Notes under the pieces: model-generated | Seen by the model: only the letters and a program-made list of their open reading frames with translations | What the model was told of the DNA's origin: nothing | Database searches by the model: none | Origin: Patescibacteria group bacterium | Lineage (GTDB): Bacteria; Patescibacteriota; Patescibacteriia; Patescibacteriales; UBA12465 | Length of the DNA: 60,928 nucleotides | Assembly: GCA_027858435.1 (NCBI GenBank) | Contig: JAQICS010000032.1 | Span: forward strand, 1-60,928 | Direction: 5' to 3' | Translations under genes and position numbers: made by a program | Shown: in pieces, positions 1-10,800 of the stretch | Position numbering within the stretch: the stretch's first letter is position 1 | Layout: each line of letters opens with the position of its first letter

Positions 1-51
1 CTAGAATAGAATTTACTAGTAGTTTTTTAAATCATCTTTTAATTTAAAGAT

Positions 52-462
52 TTAAGCGTTTTTAGCGTTTAAAGCAGAAACAACGGCAGTTGTTAATATA
101 CCAGCAGTAGCAATTAATATTGATTGCATATTTCCGCTGCCTAAAGCTACACCAGCCCCTACGGAACCAACTACTCCTAAAGTAGTTACAATTTCTTTAA
201 CATTATCCCATTGCTCTCTGAAGCTAGAACTTGATTCATATTTTTCTTTAACTTGTGAATTATCTACACCTTCCATTTCCGCGGCTAAGCTTTCAATTTC
301 TTTAATATTTTCTTTTGTTTCTTCTAGTTGCTCTTTGCTCATTTCTTCTTCCACTGCGCCTTCAATTTCATTTTCATTTAATTCTTCAACCTCATTTTCG
401 TTTGATTTTTCAAGATTTTTTTCTTTTTCTTCGCCAGGATTTGGCATTTTTTCAAAATCCAT
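52..462 (-). CDS. Acidic N-terminus/coiled-coil protein with two C-terminal hydrophobic segments (paralog of 678..1217)
   Basis: 136-aa ORF. E-rich N-half; EETKENIKEIESLAAEMEGVD aligns with EEIEDDIEDLENLANEIKEID of the neighbour; Gly/Ala/Val-rich hydrophobic C-terminus. Confidence 0.75.
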   Translation of the reverse strand: MDFEKMPNPGEEKEKNLEKSNENEVEELNENEIEGAVEEEMSKEQLEETKENIKEIESLAAEMEGVDNSQVKEKYESSSSFREQWDNVKEIVTTLGVVGSVGAGVALGSGNMQSILIATAGILTTAVVSALNAKNA

Positions 463-500
463 ATATTTCTATATTATTAGTATTTAATTAATTTAAACAA

Positions 501-632
501 TTACTCATCTAAGTCTTCTTTAATACCAGACATTAATTCTTTAAAAGCTTTAGTAAACTGAGAAATCTCCTCACGAGTTGCTTCTTCATTTTTAATTTTC
601 TCAGCAATTGTTTTCATCTCTTCATTTGTCAT
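501..632 (-). CDS. 43-aa helical peptide (not in ORF track), paralog of 1259..1390
   Basis: Hand-translated MTNEEMKTIAEKIKNEEATREEISQFTKAFKELMSGIKEDLDE*; same length as and clearly homologous to the second copy. Confidence 0.8.
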   Translation of the reverse strand: MTNEEMKTIAEKIKNEEATREEISQFTKAFKELMSGIKEDLDE

Positions 633-677
633 ATAATTTTATTTAATTTTTAATATTTTAAAGATTTTACAGTTTAA

Positions 678-1217
678 TTAAGCAACAGCTTGATTTAAAT
701 CTTCACTTTCTTCTTGCTTGTTATTCATTCCAGCTTTTTCCATTTTAAGCTGAGTAACAGCTCCTGAAATAGCAGTTCCAAAAAATGAAACACCCATTAC
801 TATCTCATTTACAATTCCTGGTACATTTTCCGCAATGTTTGTCGCATCAACTCTTTCGGTAAATGAAAGAACAAGAGCAGCACCAAATCCTAAAGTAGGT
901 AAAACGCTAGCTGCTACCTTAAGTTTGTTTTTTAATTCTTCATTCGTTTCTAAATTTTTAGCCACTTTTTCTGGATCAATTTCTTTAATCTCGTTTGCTA
1001 AATTTTCTAAGTCTTCGATATCATCTTCTATTTCTTCAAACTTTTTTTCATTCTCTTCCTTATTCTCTACATTTTCCATTTTTTCTTCCGCATTCTCTAT
1101 GTTCTCTTCACCTTCCATTTGTTCTAAGTTTTCTTTTTCTTCTTCTTGCTTTGTTTCTTCTTCTTGCTTTGTTTCTTTTTCATTATTTGGATGAAACATT
1201 TTTTCAAAAAAATTCAT
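678..1217 (-). CDS. Acidic N-terminus/coiled-coil protein with two hydrophobic segments
   Basis: 179-aa ORF starting MNFFEK; ETKQEE duplicated; hydrophobic segments VAASVLPTLGFGAALVLSF and IVMGVSFFGTAISGAV. Confidence 0.75.
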   Translation of the reverse strand: MNFFEKMFHPNNEKETKQEEETKQEEEKENLEQMEGEENIENAEEKMENVENKEENEKKFEEIEDDIEDLENLANEIKEIDPEKVAKNLETNEELKNKLKVAASVLPTLGFGAALVLSFTERVDATNIAENVPGIVNEIVMGVSFFGTAISGAVTQLKMEKAGMNNKQEESEDLNQAVA

Positions 1218-1258
1218 ATGTTTTGTAGTTAGATTTTTAAATTATTAAATAATGTGGC

Positions 1259-1390
1259 TTATTCATTTAAGCCATCTTTGATATCAGTCATTAGCTCTTT
1301 AAAAGCTTTGGAAAATGCTGATATTTCTTCAGGGCTTGCTTCTTTGTTTTTAATTTTTAAAGCAATGTCTTTCATTTCTTCATTTGACAT
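1259..1390 (-). CDS. 43-aa helical peptide (not in ORF track)
   Basis: Hand-translated MSNEEMKDIALKIKNKEASPEEISAFSKAFKELMTDIKDGLNE*. Confidence 0.8.
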   Translation of the reverse strand: MSNEEMKDIALKIKNKEASPEEISAFSKAFKELMTDIKDGLNE

Positions 1391-1431
1391 ATTGTTAAAT
1401 TATTAATTAAATTTATCTTCTTAATACTTAA

Positions 1432-1460
1432 ATTATATCTTAAATTGACATGTTTGTAAA
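1432..1460 (-). promoter_or_regulatory. sigma70 promoter for the duplicated-cassette operon
   Basis: TTTACA-N17-TATAAT on the minus strand. Confidence 0.6.
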
Positions 1461-1502
1461 TAAAGCCCAACTTTTTTAGCCGGGCTTTTACTTTGTTTTG
1501 GT

Positions 1503-1751
1503 TTAGGCAGCTTTGCTTTTACTAGCAATGATTAAATGACTATTAGTCACTTCTACCACTACATTGTTTTTGATAATCTCGTAATGTGTGGTAGCACCGG
1601 CTATCATAGCGGCTACAAATGATACTGTAGCCAGCATGATGGCTGTTATGTTACTCATACCGCCTATTCCGGCTCTGATTGACACCATACCGACAACTAT
1701 AAATAAAATAACCAATAACACCCCTGAAATAACTCTTACTTTTTCTTTCAT
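1503..1751 (-). CDS. Small membrane protein with two TM segments (orphan)
   Basis: 82 aa with two hydrophobic helices; own TTGACA-N17-TAAGAT promoter (~1820-1848) and downstream hairpin 1462-1488. Confidence 0.6.
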   Translation of the reverse strand: MKEKVRVISGVLLVILFIVVGMVSIRAGIGGMSNITAIMLATVSFVAAMIAGATTHYEIIKNNVVVEVTNSHLIIASKSKAA

Positions 1752-2023
1752 GATTCTTTATTTTTATTTGTTGTTTTCTTTTATTTTTTAAATAACTACT
1801 TTCTCTGTTTCTGTCAATATCTTATCATATAATTATCTTTTTGTCAATAGCTTAGGGTAATGTGCACATACATATTGCACTTTTGGTGGTAATTTAGAGG
1901 TATATGTCAAAAACAAACCTAAGTCAATCAGAGATCATATATATAGCTAACTAGAGTGAAATGTATGTACCTTATAGAAAAACTTAGCTCAAATTTAAGC
2001 TTATTCATATATTTAAGTATTAC

Positions 2024-2057
2024 AAAAAAAGACACCATTAAGTAATGGTGTCTTTTT
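2024..2057. terminator. Rho-independent terminator after rplY
   Basis: GACACCATTA/TAATGGTGTC stem flanked by A and T runs. Confidence 0.75.
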
Positions 2058-2077
2058 GTAACTTATTTATGTAGTGT

Positions 2078-2710
2078 TTATTTTACTTCTTTCTTCTCAT
2101 CTACTTTCTTATCTTCTCCTTCCTTCTCTTCAGGGATTGCTTCTTCGTTCTCTACTGGTTCGTCTTCAATTACTCTTGGCTCTCTAACTGAAACAACGAT
2201 AGTATCTAAGTACTCAGTTTCAAACTCAATTCCCTTAGGAAGATTTAAATCTTCTAATCTGATAGTATCATCAAATTCTTTAAGAGGAGTAATATCAACA
2301 TCAATGTGATCTACTAAATCAGATGGAAGACAAGAAACCTCAACTGAATCAAAATCTTTGATAAGCATAGCATTTAATTCTTTGACTGCCTTTGAATCTC
2401 CAATATAATTTAAAGGGATTTCAGTTGTTAACTTATCTTTCATATTAACTTGGTAGAAATCAATGTGTGAAACTGTGTGTTTAATAACATCTCTTTGGAT
2501 GTCTTTAATTAAAACCTTTAGTTTTTCTGAATCAACTTCAAGATTAATTAAATTTGACTCACCAGCTTCTTCAAAAAGTTTTTCAAATTCATTTTTCTGT
2601 ACTTTTAAAACTTTATTATCAATTCCTTTGCCGTATAATACAGCTGGGATTTGATCTTTGGAGATTTTTTCTCCAGTCTCACGTAATTGTGCACTTAATT
2701 TAAATTCCAT
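2078..2710 (-). CDS. rplY: 50S ribosomal protein L25/CTC
   Basis: IPAVLYG, HIDFY, IPLNYIG motifs; acidic tail typical of CTC. Confidence 0.95.
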   Translation of the reverse strand: MEFKLSAQLRETGEKISKDQIPAVLYGKGIDNKVLKVQKNEFEKLFEEAGESNLINLEVDSEKLKVLIKDIQRDVIKHTVSHIDFYQVNMKDKLTTEIPLNYIGDSKAVKELNAMLIKDFDSVEVSCLPSDLVDHIDVDITPLKEFDDTIRLEDLNLPKGIEFETEYLDTIVVSVREPRVIEDEPVENEEAIPEEKEGEDKKVDEKKEVK

Positions 2711-2714
2711 AATT

Positions 2715-3821
2715 TTAGTAATTAATTTTTGATTTTATAATTATATTCTCCATTATACCAACTAAGACCAATAATGAAAGCAAAGCGCTGCCGCCATAGC
2801 TAACAAATGGTAAGGAAAGGCCAACAATTGGAACAATACCTATATTCATACCAATATTAATAAACATTTGAATAAAAATCAAGCCTAAGGCTCCAATTAT
2901 TAAGTAAACACCAAAATCATCCTTTATTTTCGGTAGTATTGTAAGTCCTCTAAAAAAGAAGACGGAGTAAAATAAGACAACTAAAGACACTCCTAAAAAT
3001 CCTAACTCCTCAGCAATGACTGAAAAGATAAAATCATTTTGGGCTTCTGGTAGAAATTTTAACTGTGATTGTGAGCCAAATCCCACTCCTTTTCCTGCTA
3101 TTCCGCCTGAACCAATGGCTATCATCGCCTGATTAACATTATAACCTGATTCAAGAGCTGCTTCAGAAGGATTTAAAAATGTTATAATCCTATCTTTTTG
3201 ATAATCCTGAAAAAATAAAAACCAAGCCATTGAGGATAAGAGGGCGCCAACTAAAAATAGGGAGATAAAGTATTTTTTAGAAAATCCAGCCGCTAACATC
3301 ATAATCAACCAGATAGCAAAAAGCATCATAGCTGAACCAAAATCTGGTTGAAGTAAAACTAAAACAAAAAGGACAGATGTTAAGAAACCGGAAATGAAAA
3401 AATGCCTAAAGGTTTTAAATTTTGAAGAAAGTCCAGAAAAATAGGTAGCCAATATTATTATTAAAGAAACCTTCACTAACTCTACTGGTTGGATTCCAAA
3501 TCCAAAGATATAAAACCAACCCTTAGTTCCTCTAAATTCTTGACCAAAAATTAAAACAAAAACAAGAATTAATATTGAAAGTAAATACCAGTATTTACTT
3601 AAACTTTTTAGAAAATAAGCATCTACAAAGGTAAAGATAAATAATAGTAATATACCAATTGATGAGAAAAATAATTGTTTTTTAAAGTTAAGTGAATCTA
3701 GCTCTCCTTGTCCAAGTGAAATACTATAAATTTCTACTAAACCAAAAGCAATTAAAAAAATAACTGAAAAAAATATAATCCAGTCAAATTTTTTTAAATA
3801 TAGCTTTATTTTATCTAACAT
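2715..3821 (-). CDS. rodA: Rod shape-determining SEDS protein RodA
   Basis: Multi-TM; IQPVELVK, LLQPDFGS, FLPEAQNDFIF, LPFVSYGGS. Confidence 0.9.
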   Translation of the reverse strand: MLDKIKLYLKKFDWIIFFSVIFLIAFGLVEIYSISLGQGELDSLNFKKQLFFSSIGILLLFIFTFVDAYFLKSLSKYWYLLSILILVFVLIFGQEFRGTKGWFYIFGFGIQPVELVKVSLIIILATYFSGLSSKFKTFRHFFISGFLTSVLFVLVLLQPDFGSAMMLFAIWLIMMLAAGFSKKYFISLFLVGALLSSMAWFLFFQDYQKDRIITFLNPSEAALESGYNVNQAMIAIGSGGIAGKGVGFGSQSQLKFLPEAQNDFIFSVIAEELGFLGVSLVVLFYSVFFFRGLTILPKIKDDFGVYLIIGALGLIFIQMFINIGMNIGIVPIVGLSLPFVSYGGSALLSLLVLVGIMENIIIKSKINY

Positions 3822-3829
3822 AAAACAAC

Positions 3830-4867
3830 TTATTCACCTTTATAGGCAGAGTAGATATTACCATTTAAAACATTTAATTCTGCTACAATTTCTACTCCAG
3901 TACCATTTCTTAAATCTCCTGGCCAACTTAAATCAATATCCTTGCTTTCACCACTCTTAAACCCGTCTATAACATAGCGATTAACACCAATTATATTTAA
4001 ACCATTATAAATTAAAATATTTAATGGTACTTCATAATATCCATAAGGAGTATTATTTGTAATAGTAAAACTCAAATTATTTAAATCAATAACATTTGAA
4101 ACTCTTGATGAAGCTGGTGAAAAATCAAGTTCTGTTATAGGAAAGTTTAATCTTTTATTTTTAAATACTTCAAAATCTGGAATTCTTTTATTATCAACTG
4201 ATTTAAAAGAAACATCTCTTAATTCAATTTCTGGTAAACTACCACCAGCTAGTAATTCTATACCAAGAGAAAAAATATGTTTTTCCTCACCTGGTAAGAC
4301 AAAACTCTTTTGACAATCTATATCCTCCTTGCCTCTTGTAAAACAATAAGTGAAAGTAGAGTTATAATTATCATTGGGATTTAAAACAGCTGCTACTAAA
4401 TCATCAGAGTTAACACTACTAAACCTAGTTACTCCTGATAATTGAAGCTTTTCTGGTTTTGACTTATTTTCTAGAATAAGATTATTATCAGTAGTATTTT
4501 CAACAGGATTATCAGAATTAAAATAGACAATTAAATTGTAAATTGAATATATAAAGAAAAATGAAGACATAATTATTAGAAGAATAATTATGGTGTTTAC
4601 AATATTTTTCCTATTCTCTGCTAACCAAACGCCCCACCTCATCCTTTTAAAAGATTTTTCATTATAATACTTAGAAGATATATAGGCGTCTTCCCTCTTT
4701 TTGTCCTCTTTTTCTTCTTCAATTTTAACTTTGTCGCTTCTATCTGAAACAACTTGACCATCAATCATAACGCCGTCATTTTCATTATAATCCTCGCCAA
4801 TAGCTAAAAAGTCGGCAGCGTTTAAGATTTCAGGATCAATTTCTGGTTTATTTTTTTTATTTTCCAT
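3830..4867 (-). CDS. Single-TM hypothetical protein with extracellular beta-rich domains
   Basis: 345 aa; one TM near residues 90-115; probably co-transcribed with rodA. Confidence 0.7.
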   Translation of the reverse strand: MENKKNKPEIDPEILNAADFLAIGEDYNENDGVMIDGQVVSDRSDKVKIEEEKEDKKREDAYISSKYYNEKSFKRMRWGVWLAENRKNIVNTIIILLIIMSSFFFIYSIYNLIVYFNSDNPVENTTDNNLILENKSKPEKLQLSGVTRFSSVNSDDLVAAVLNPNDNYNSTFTYCFTRGKEDIDCQKSFVLPGEEKHIFSLGIELLAGGSLPEIELRDVSFKSVDNKRIPDFEVFKNKRLNFPITELDFSPASSRVSNVIDLNNLSFTITNNTPYGYYEVPLNILIYNGLNIIGVNRYVIDGFKSGESKDIDLSWPGDLRNGTGVEIVAELNVLNGNIYSAYKGE

Positions 4868-4947
4868 ATAGTGCTATAATATTCTTATAAGAAATATATA
4901 TTTCTTTATTATAATAACATATTATATTAAATAGATAAACAAATTAT

Positions 4948-5817
4948 ATGAAAAAAATCAATACCCCTCTTGATGTGCCTAAAACTAAAAAAAAGGAATA
5001 TGAAAAGAATTATCGCCTATCCACTAATAGTAACGGAAACATGTTCCTAATTGCTGGTGATCAAAAAATAGAACACTTAAACGATGATTTTTGGGGAGCA
5101 AATATTAGTCCTGAAGATGCTAACCCAGAACATCTCTTTAAAATATCTAATGCTTCAAAAGACGGAATACTAGCCACTAATCTAGGATTAATTGCTAAAT
5201 ACGGAGAAAAATATAGCAAACAACCATATATCGTTAAAATAAATGCTAAAACAAATATTGGTCCAAATGAAGAAAAAAATTCTAGTAAACCATTATGGGA
5301 TGTAGAAGATGTAGTTAAATTTAAAAAGGACAGTGGCCTAAATATAACTGGCATTGGCTACACTGTATATCTTGGACATAAACATGAAGGTGAACTATTA
5401 AGAGAAGCGACTCAGGCAATCTTTAAAGCTCATCAAAATGGCCTCATATTCGTTTTATGGATGTATCCTCGTGGAAAAGGTATAAAGGAAAATGATATAC
5501 ACACTATCGCTGGTGGAGCTGGTGTAGCAGCATCATTGGGAACTGATTTTGTTAAAGTTAAATATCCATATCACCTTAAAAACAAAAAAGAAGCAGCTGA
5601 AAAATACAAAGAAGTAATACAAGCAGCCGGTCTTACTAAAATAATCTGTGTTGGTGGTAGTCAAAGAAAAGAAAAAGATATTATTGACTTTCTAAAAATT
5701 CAAATTAAAGCTGGAACTCATGGAATAGCAGTTGGTAGAAACATGCACCAAAGAGACTTAAAAGACTCAAAAGTTCTAGCTAAAAAAATAGAAACCGTCT
5801 TATCAACTAAGAAGTAG
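4948..5817 (+). CDS. Class I (DhnA-type) fructose-bisphosphate aldolase
   Basis: AGDQKIEH, WMYPRG, GTDFVKVKYP (Schiff-base Lys), AVGRN. Confidence 0.88.
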   Translation: MKKINTPLDVPKTKKKEYEKNYRLSTNSNGNMFLIAGDQKIEHLNDDFWGANISPEDANPEHLFKISNASKDGILATNLGLIAKYGEKYSKQPYIVKINAKTNIGPNEEKNSSKPLWDVEDVVKFKKDSGLNITGIGYTVYLGHKHEGELLREATQAIFKAHQNGLIFVLWMYPRGKGIKENDIHTIAGGAGVAASLGTDFVKVKYPYHLKNKKEAAEKYKEVIQAAGLTKIICVGGSQRKEKDIIDFLKIQIKAGTHGIAVGRNMHQRDLKDSKVLAKKIETVLSTKK

Positions 5818-5911
5818 CAGTATAAGTAAATAACATCTATTTATTTCATAAAATTAAAAATTATTTAAAAATTACTTAGAAAGCAATAGTAACTCTGGAC
5901 ATATTACGAAT

Positions 5912-5947
5912 AAAAAAAGACAATAATTTAATTTATTGTCTTTTTTA
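5912..5947. terminator. Bidirectional terminator
   Basis: AAAAAAAGACAATAA/TTATTGTCTTTTTTT between convergent genes. Confidence 0.7.
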
Positions 5948-5978
5948 TAACTAAAATATTATCTGTATTTTTAACTCC

Positions 5979-7773
5979 CTAATCTTTAACTACATTAATT
6001 TCAATTTTATCAACCAGTCGTGGGGCTTTTTTAATAAAGCCTGGTTTAAAGATTAATTCATAGTCCTTTATTTCTTCCTTTGAGTTTAAAAATGCTTCAA
6101 TTTGTGGTTCTTTAAGATCAACTAAGTTTTCCTTGTTAATTGGATTTTCATTATTTTTTAAGATCATCTCACCAGTGAAATTAGCTTTAATTTGTGCAGT
6201 CTTACTATCACTGTTATAGCTTTGAAATATTAATTTTATATCATCCTCATTAAAGTTAATTAATTCTTTTCCATCTGGGATTAACAAGTTTAGTTTTCCA
6301 AGAGCAATCTTTTTTAAATCTTCTTTGTTAAAGAAAGCAACTCGCGCACTTCCTTCAACAGACATTTTAAAGCTTTCTAACTCTTCATCACTCTCGGCTT
6401 CTGTACTAGTTTTAATATAATCATTTAAATAAACTGCGGCCATTTCTTTACCTACCCTATTTTCTAATTCATTTTTCCTTTGCTCAATTTTTTGCTCTAA
6501 CTTTAAATTATATTCACTTTCACTTTCATTTTTAGCTTTGGCTATATCACTAGTTCTAATATATTTTTTCTTCTTTTGTTTGTAGTTAAAAGCTTCTTCA
6601 CTTTCAGCATAAATACTTTCTTGTAATCCGGCCCATAAACCAGGGATGGTAAAAGTTGTTGACTCTATTGCTAAATCACGGGTTGGATTTTCAGCATAAA
6701 TATCTACCCATACTTCCCCTCCGGATGGAATATTTACCGCTTCTTTAATTTTAAATTCTTTTCCTTCCGGTGAATGAAGTCTTGTTTCTCTAACAAGTGG
6801 TTGAGCTCTACTATATTCGTTTATAAGCTTAACTCTTCCCACAATCTCCTCACCAACATATTCTTCACCACTTGAAGAAAATTCTTTTTCAAAATTTAAT
6901 TCTAATTCTTCAATAACTCCGTTTATCTCTTCTCTGGGATCAATAAAACTAGCTTGCCTTTCACTCTCAGCTGTTACCACTTTAATTAAAGTATTATCAT
7001 TTAAATTTTCTGTTTCAGGAATTAAGTTAATTTTTAAACTAGAAAAAGAAAGAAAAAATACTAGAAAAACCAAAACAGCCACAACTGCTAGAAAACGCCA
7101 AACAAAACGAGTATAAAGACCTAATCTTCTTTGATCTTTATTTTTGTTTTTAGTTCCTGTTTTCTTTTTGCTTGCCTTAACCTTATCACTATCATCAAAT
7201 TCTTCTTCAAGTATTTCTTCTACCTCTTCTTCAGGAATATCTTCTTCTTGTTTTTTTTCTTTACTTCTCTCTATTTCTAAACTAAGCTCGCGATAGTATT
7301 TTTTTTGATTATCAATTTCTCCTTCACTTAAATGAAACTCACTTTTTTCTGTAACATAATCATCTTTATTTTCTCCATCAATTGGTAGATCCTGAGCACG
7401 GTTAGCTAAAACTTCAGGTTCAACATCTTCTTCGGATTTATCAAAAACATCTTCAGCTGAAGAGCGGTAGAATTCAACATCATCGTCATCTTTAATTACA
7501 TCAACAATAACTGACTTAGCTTTTGATTTAGGTTTTACAGATTTTGATTTAGTTGATTCTTTTTTTTCTTTAGAAGTTGTTTTTTTCTTTTGAGAACTTG
7601 ATTTAGTCTCACTCTTTGGTGGACGACCTGGTCCTCTTTTTTTTTGTCTTAGAAGCTTTTGTTGATTTAGAAGTTTTAGAAGCTTTAGAAGTTTTGTTTT
7701 TTTTCTTCTCTACTTTCTCTTCTTCTTTCTCAGACTTCTTAGATTTTTTTTCTGATTTACTTGTTGATGGCAT
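5979..7773 (-). pseudogene. Membrane-anchored protein (K/S-rich plus acidic N-terminus, TM, extracellular domain, possibly baseplate-J-like) split by a +1 frameshift
   Basis: The frame from ATG 7773 stops at 7609-7611. Removing one A from the A9 run (7637-7645) joins it to the frame that stays open to 5979. Confidence 0.7.
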
Positions 7774-7870
7774 AGTTGAATAATAAAAAAATAAAAAGAT
7801 TTTATGATTATCTTACCTAAAGTATAACAGAAATTAGAAAGGGGGACAAATATTTTTTTAGTACTAAATT

Positions 7871-10800
7871 TTAATCTATTATTTCAAAAATATTTTTAAA
7901 AACTTGTCTTAAATAATCCTTTAATTTTTTAGTATTATTTACAAAATGAGAGGTTTTAATAATCTTAGCTTTACCATTTTCAACTACCTTAAAGTATACT
8001 TCATTATCACCTATATTTTCAGTAAAGATTTTAATTAAAAAATTTAAATCACCTTCTTTAAGTTCTTTATTAATTGAAATCTTTAAAGGGTTTTCACTTT
8101 TTTTCTTTCTTGGTTTTTTTATTTCTTGATTAGTATTTTCCTGATTATTATTTTCTTGATTATTGTCTTTGCTGTTAACTTCAGTATTATTCATTGTTTC
8201 TTCTTTTTTATTTAAATTTTCATTATTATTATTTTTAATACTATTATCTTTAGTATTATTTTCTGTTTTAACTTCTTCTTTTTTCTCATCCTTTATTTTA
8301 CTTTGTTTAGAGCTTCCATTTCTAAAAGAATTAAATTTTCTCCTTCTAAAAGAAGAACCGGCTGTTTCCATGCGCATCTTTTTAAAATCATCAACTGACT
8401 TAGCTGGTTCCCTGTGATCAAGTGGTTTAACTCTATCAATTAAAAACTTAACATCACTATCTTTTTCTGAAACACTGCCATCCATGATAACCGCTTGTCC
8501 TGGTTGCCATAGCTCTGATGTTTCTTTATATACTTTTGGAAATACCAGTGCTTCAATTGATTTAGTAGCATCTTCAATTTTAGCAAAAAGCATTGCTTCA
8601 CCTTTTTTAGTTAATATTTTTTTAAAACTTGAAACAATTCCCGCTATTACAATTCCATCTTCGTTGCGATGGGCTTGGAGTGAAGCTAGAGGAACTACAT
8701 ATGAACTTAAGTATTGTCTGAATATATTATATGGATGCTCACTTACGTATAATCCTAATAGTTCTTTTTCCCAAGTTAGTTTTTCGTTTTGCTCAACTGG
8801 TGGCGCTTCATCAAGTGTCATTTTACTTAAACCAACAGCTGGAGCGTCAGCAAACAAACTGCTTTGCTTACTATTCTTATTCTTTACCGCTTCTTTGTTA
8901 TAGCTTAGAAGTCTTTCTAGATTTGATAGCAGTCTTCCTCTTTCTCCATAGTTATCTAAGGCTCCACACTTAATTAAACTCTCTAGTGATTTCTTGTTTA
9001 AGTCTTTGTCAGTGATTCGCTCAAGCATGTCAAATATATCTTTATAGGGGCCATTGTTTTTTCTTTCTTCAATAATTTCATCAACAATATGGTCACCAAC
9101 ATTTTTAACTGCCTTTAGACCAAAACGAATAGTATGTAATTTTTCTGACTTATCAATTGGCTTGTTATCCTTAGTATTACTTGAAACTACAGTAAAACTT
9201 GCAAAGGACTCATTAATATCAGGAGGCATAATGCTAATTCCCATATTTCGACATTCTTCAATTTCAATTGCAATACGATCAGTGTCACCTTGATCAGCGG
9301 TTAAAAGAGCGGCCATGAACTCCACTGGGTAGTGGGCTTTTAAATAAGCGGTTTGATAACCAATTAGAGCATAGCAAGCGGCGTGACTACGATTAAATCC
9401 ATAGCCAGCAAATGGTTCGATAAAAGAAAAGACTTTTTCAGCTAATTCCTTATATATCCCATTTTTAACACAACCATCGATAAACTTAGCTTTTTGTTTA
9501 GCTAAAAGTTCAGCGATTTTCTTTCCCATCGCTTTTCTTAAAATATCTGCTTCACCAGGTGTAAAGCCAGCTAGAGACCTAGAGATTTGCATCACTTGTT
9601 CTTGGTAGATTGCAACTCCATATGTCTTATTCAAAATTGGTTCTAATTTTGGATGTAAGTATTCTACCTTTTTCTTTCCGTGTTTTCCGTCAATATAGTC
9701 AGGAATCCATTCCATTGGTCCGGGACGATAAAGAGCCACCATGGCAATAATATCTTCAAATTCTGTTGGTTTTAATTCCTTTAAATATCTTTTCATACCA
9801 GATGACTCAAACTGAAAGACACCAGTAGTTGCACCCTCTTGAAATAGTTTATACGCCTCCTTATCCTCAAGCGGTAGATTATCGATATCAATTTCATCAC
9901 CACGTGTATTTTTAATAATCTTTAAAGCAGCTTCAATAATGGTTAGGTTTTTTAAACCTAAAAAGTCCATTTTAAGTAGTCCTAAATCTTCAACTGGATG
10001 CAGTGAATATTGAGAAATAATTGTCTTATCAGATGAAGAAGCATATTGAACTGGTACGTATTCAGTTAAGGGTTTAGGAGTAATTAATACACCACAAGCA
10101 TGAGTTGAGGAATGACGCGCCACTCCTTCAAGTCTTAAGGCATAGTCAATAATTTTTTTAGCTTCTTCTTCTTGATATATCTCTTTAAACTCTGGTACTT
10201 CATCTAAGGCTTCTTGGATTTTAGTAAACATCGGGATACTTTTAGATATCCTATCACAATATTCATAAGGAGCATCTAAAACACGCCCTACATCCCTAAC
10301 TGCCGCCCGAGCAGCCATAGTTCCAAAAGTAATAATTTGAGAAACATGATCATGTCCATATTTTTCTGACACGTAATCAAGCACATCCCCACGTCTGATA
10401 TCAGCAAAGTCTAAATCAATATCAGGCATTGAGATACGATCTGGATTTAAAAATCTTTCAAATAACAGGTCATAGATTAAAGGATCAAGGTTAGTGATAC
10501 CAGTTAAATAGCAAACTAAAGAACCAGCTGCACTACCACGACCAGGACCAACCACAATTTTGTGATCACGAGCCCATTTAACAAAATCAGCTACGATTAA
10601 GAAATACGCAGGCCAACCCATATTAGAAATTATTTTTAATTCATATTCAAATCTGTCAATAATATCTTTTACAGATAAACCTTCAGGCATCCTATTTTCA
10701 TCTTCAACCACCCATTCTCCTTTTTCATCTTTTAATACTGAATATTTTTCATATAGACCTTTTTCACAAAGCTTGCGAAAATATGAACCTTCATCATATC

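Noticed and set aside
835..1228. Plus-strand ORFs of 119 and 77 aa, and similar antisense ORFs throughout (e.g. 8163-9293, 24851-25414, 39967-40278, 57252-57692)
   Set aside because: F/S/L-rich shadows of E/K-rich genes on the opposite strand.
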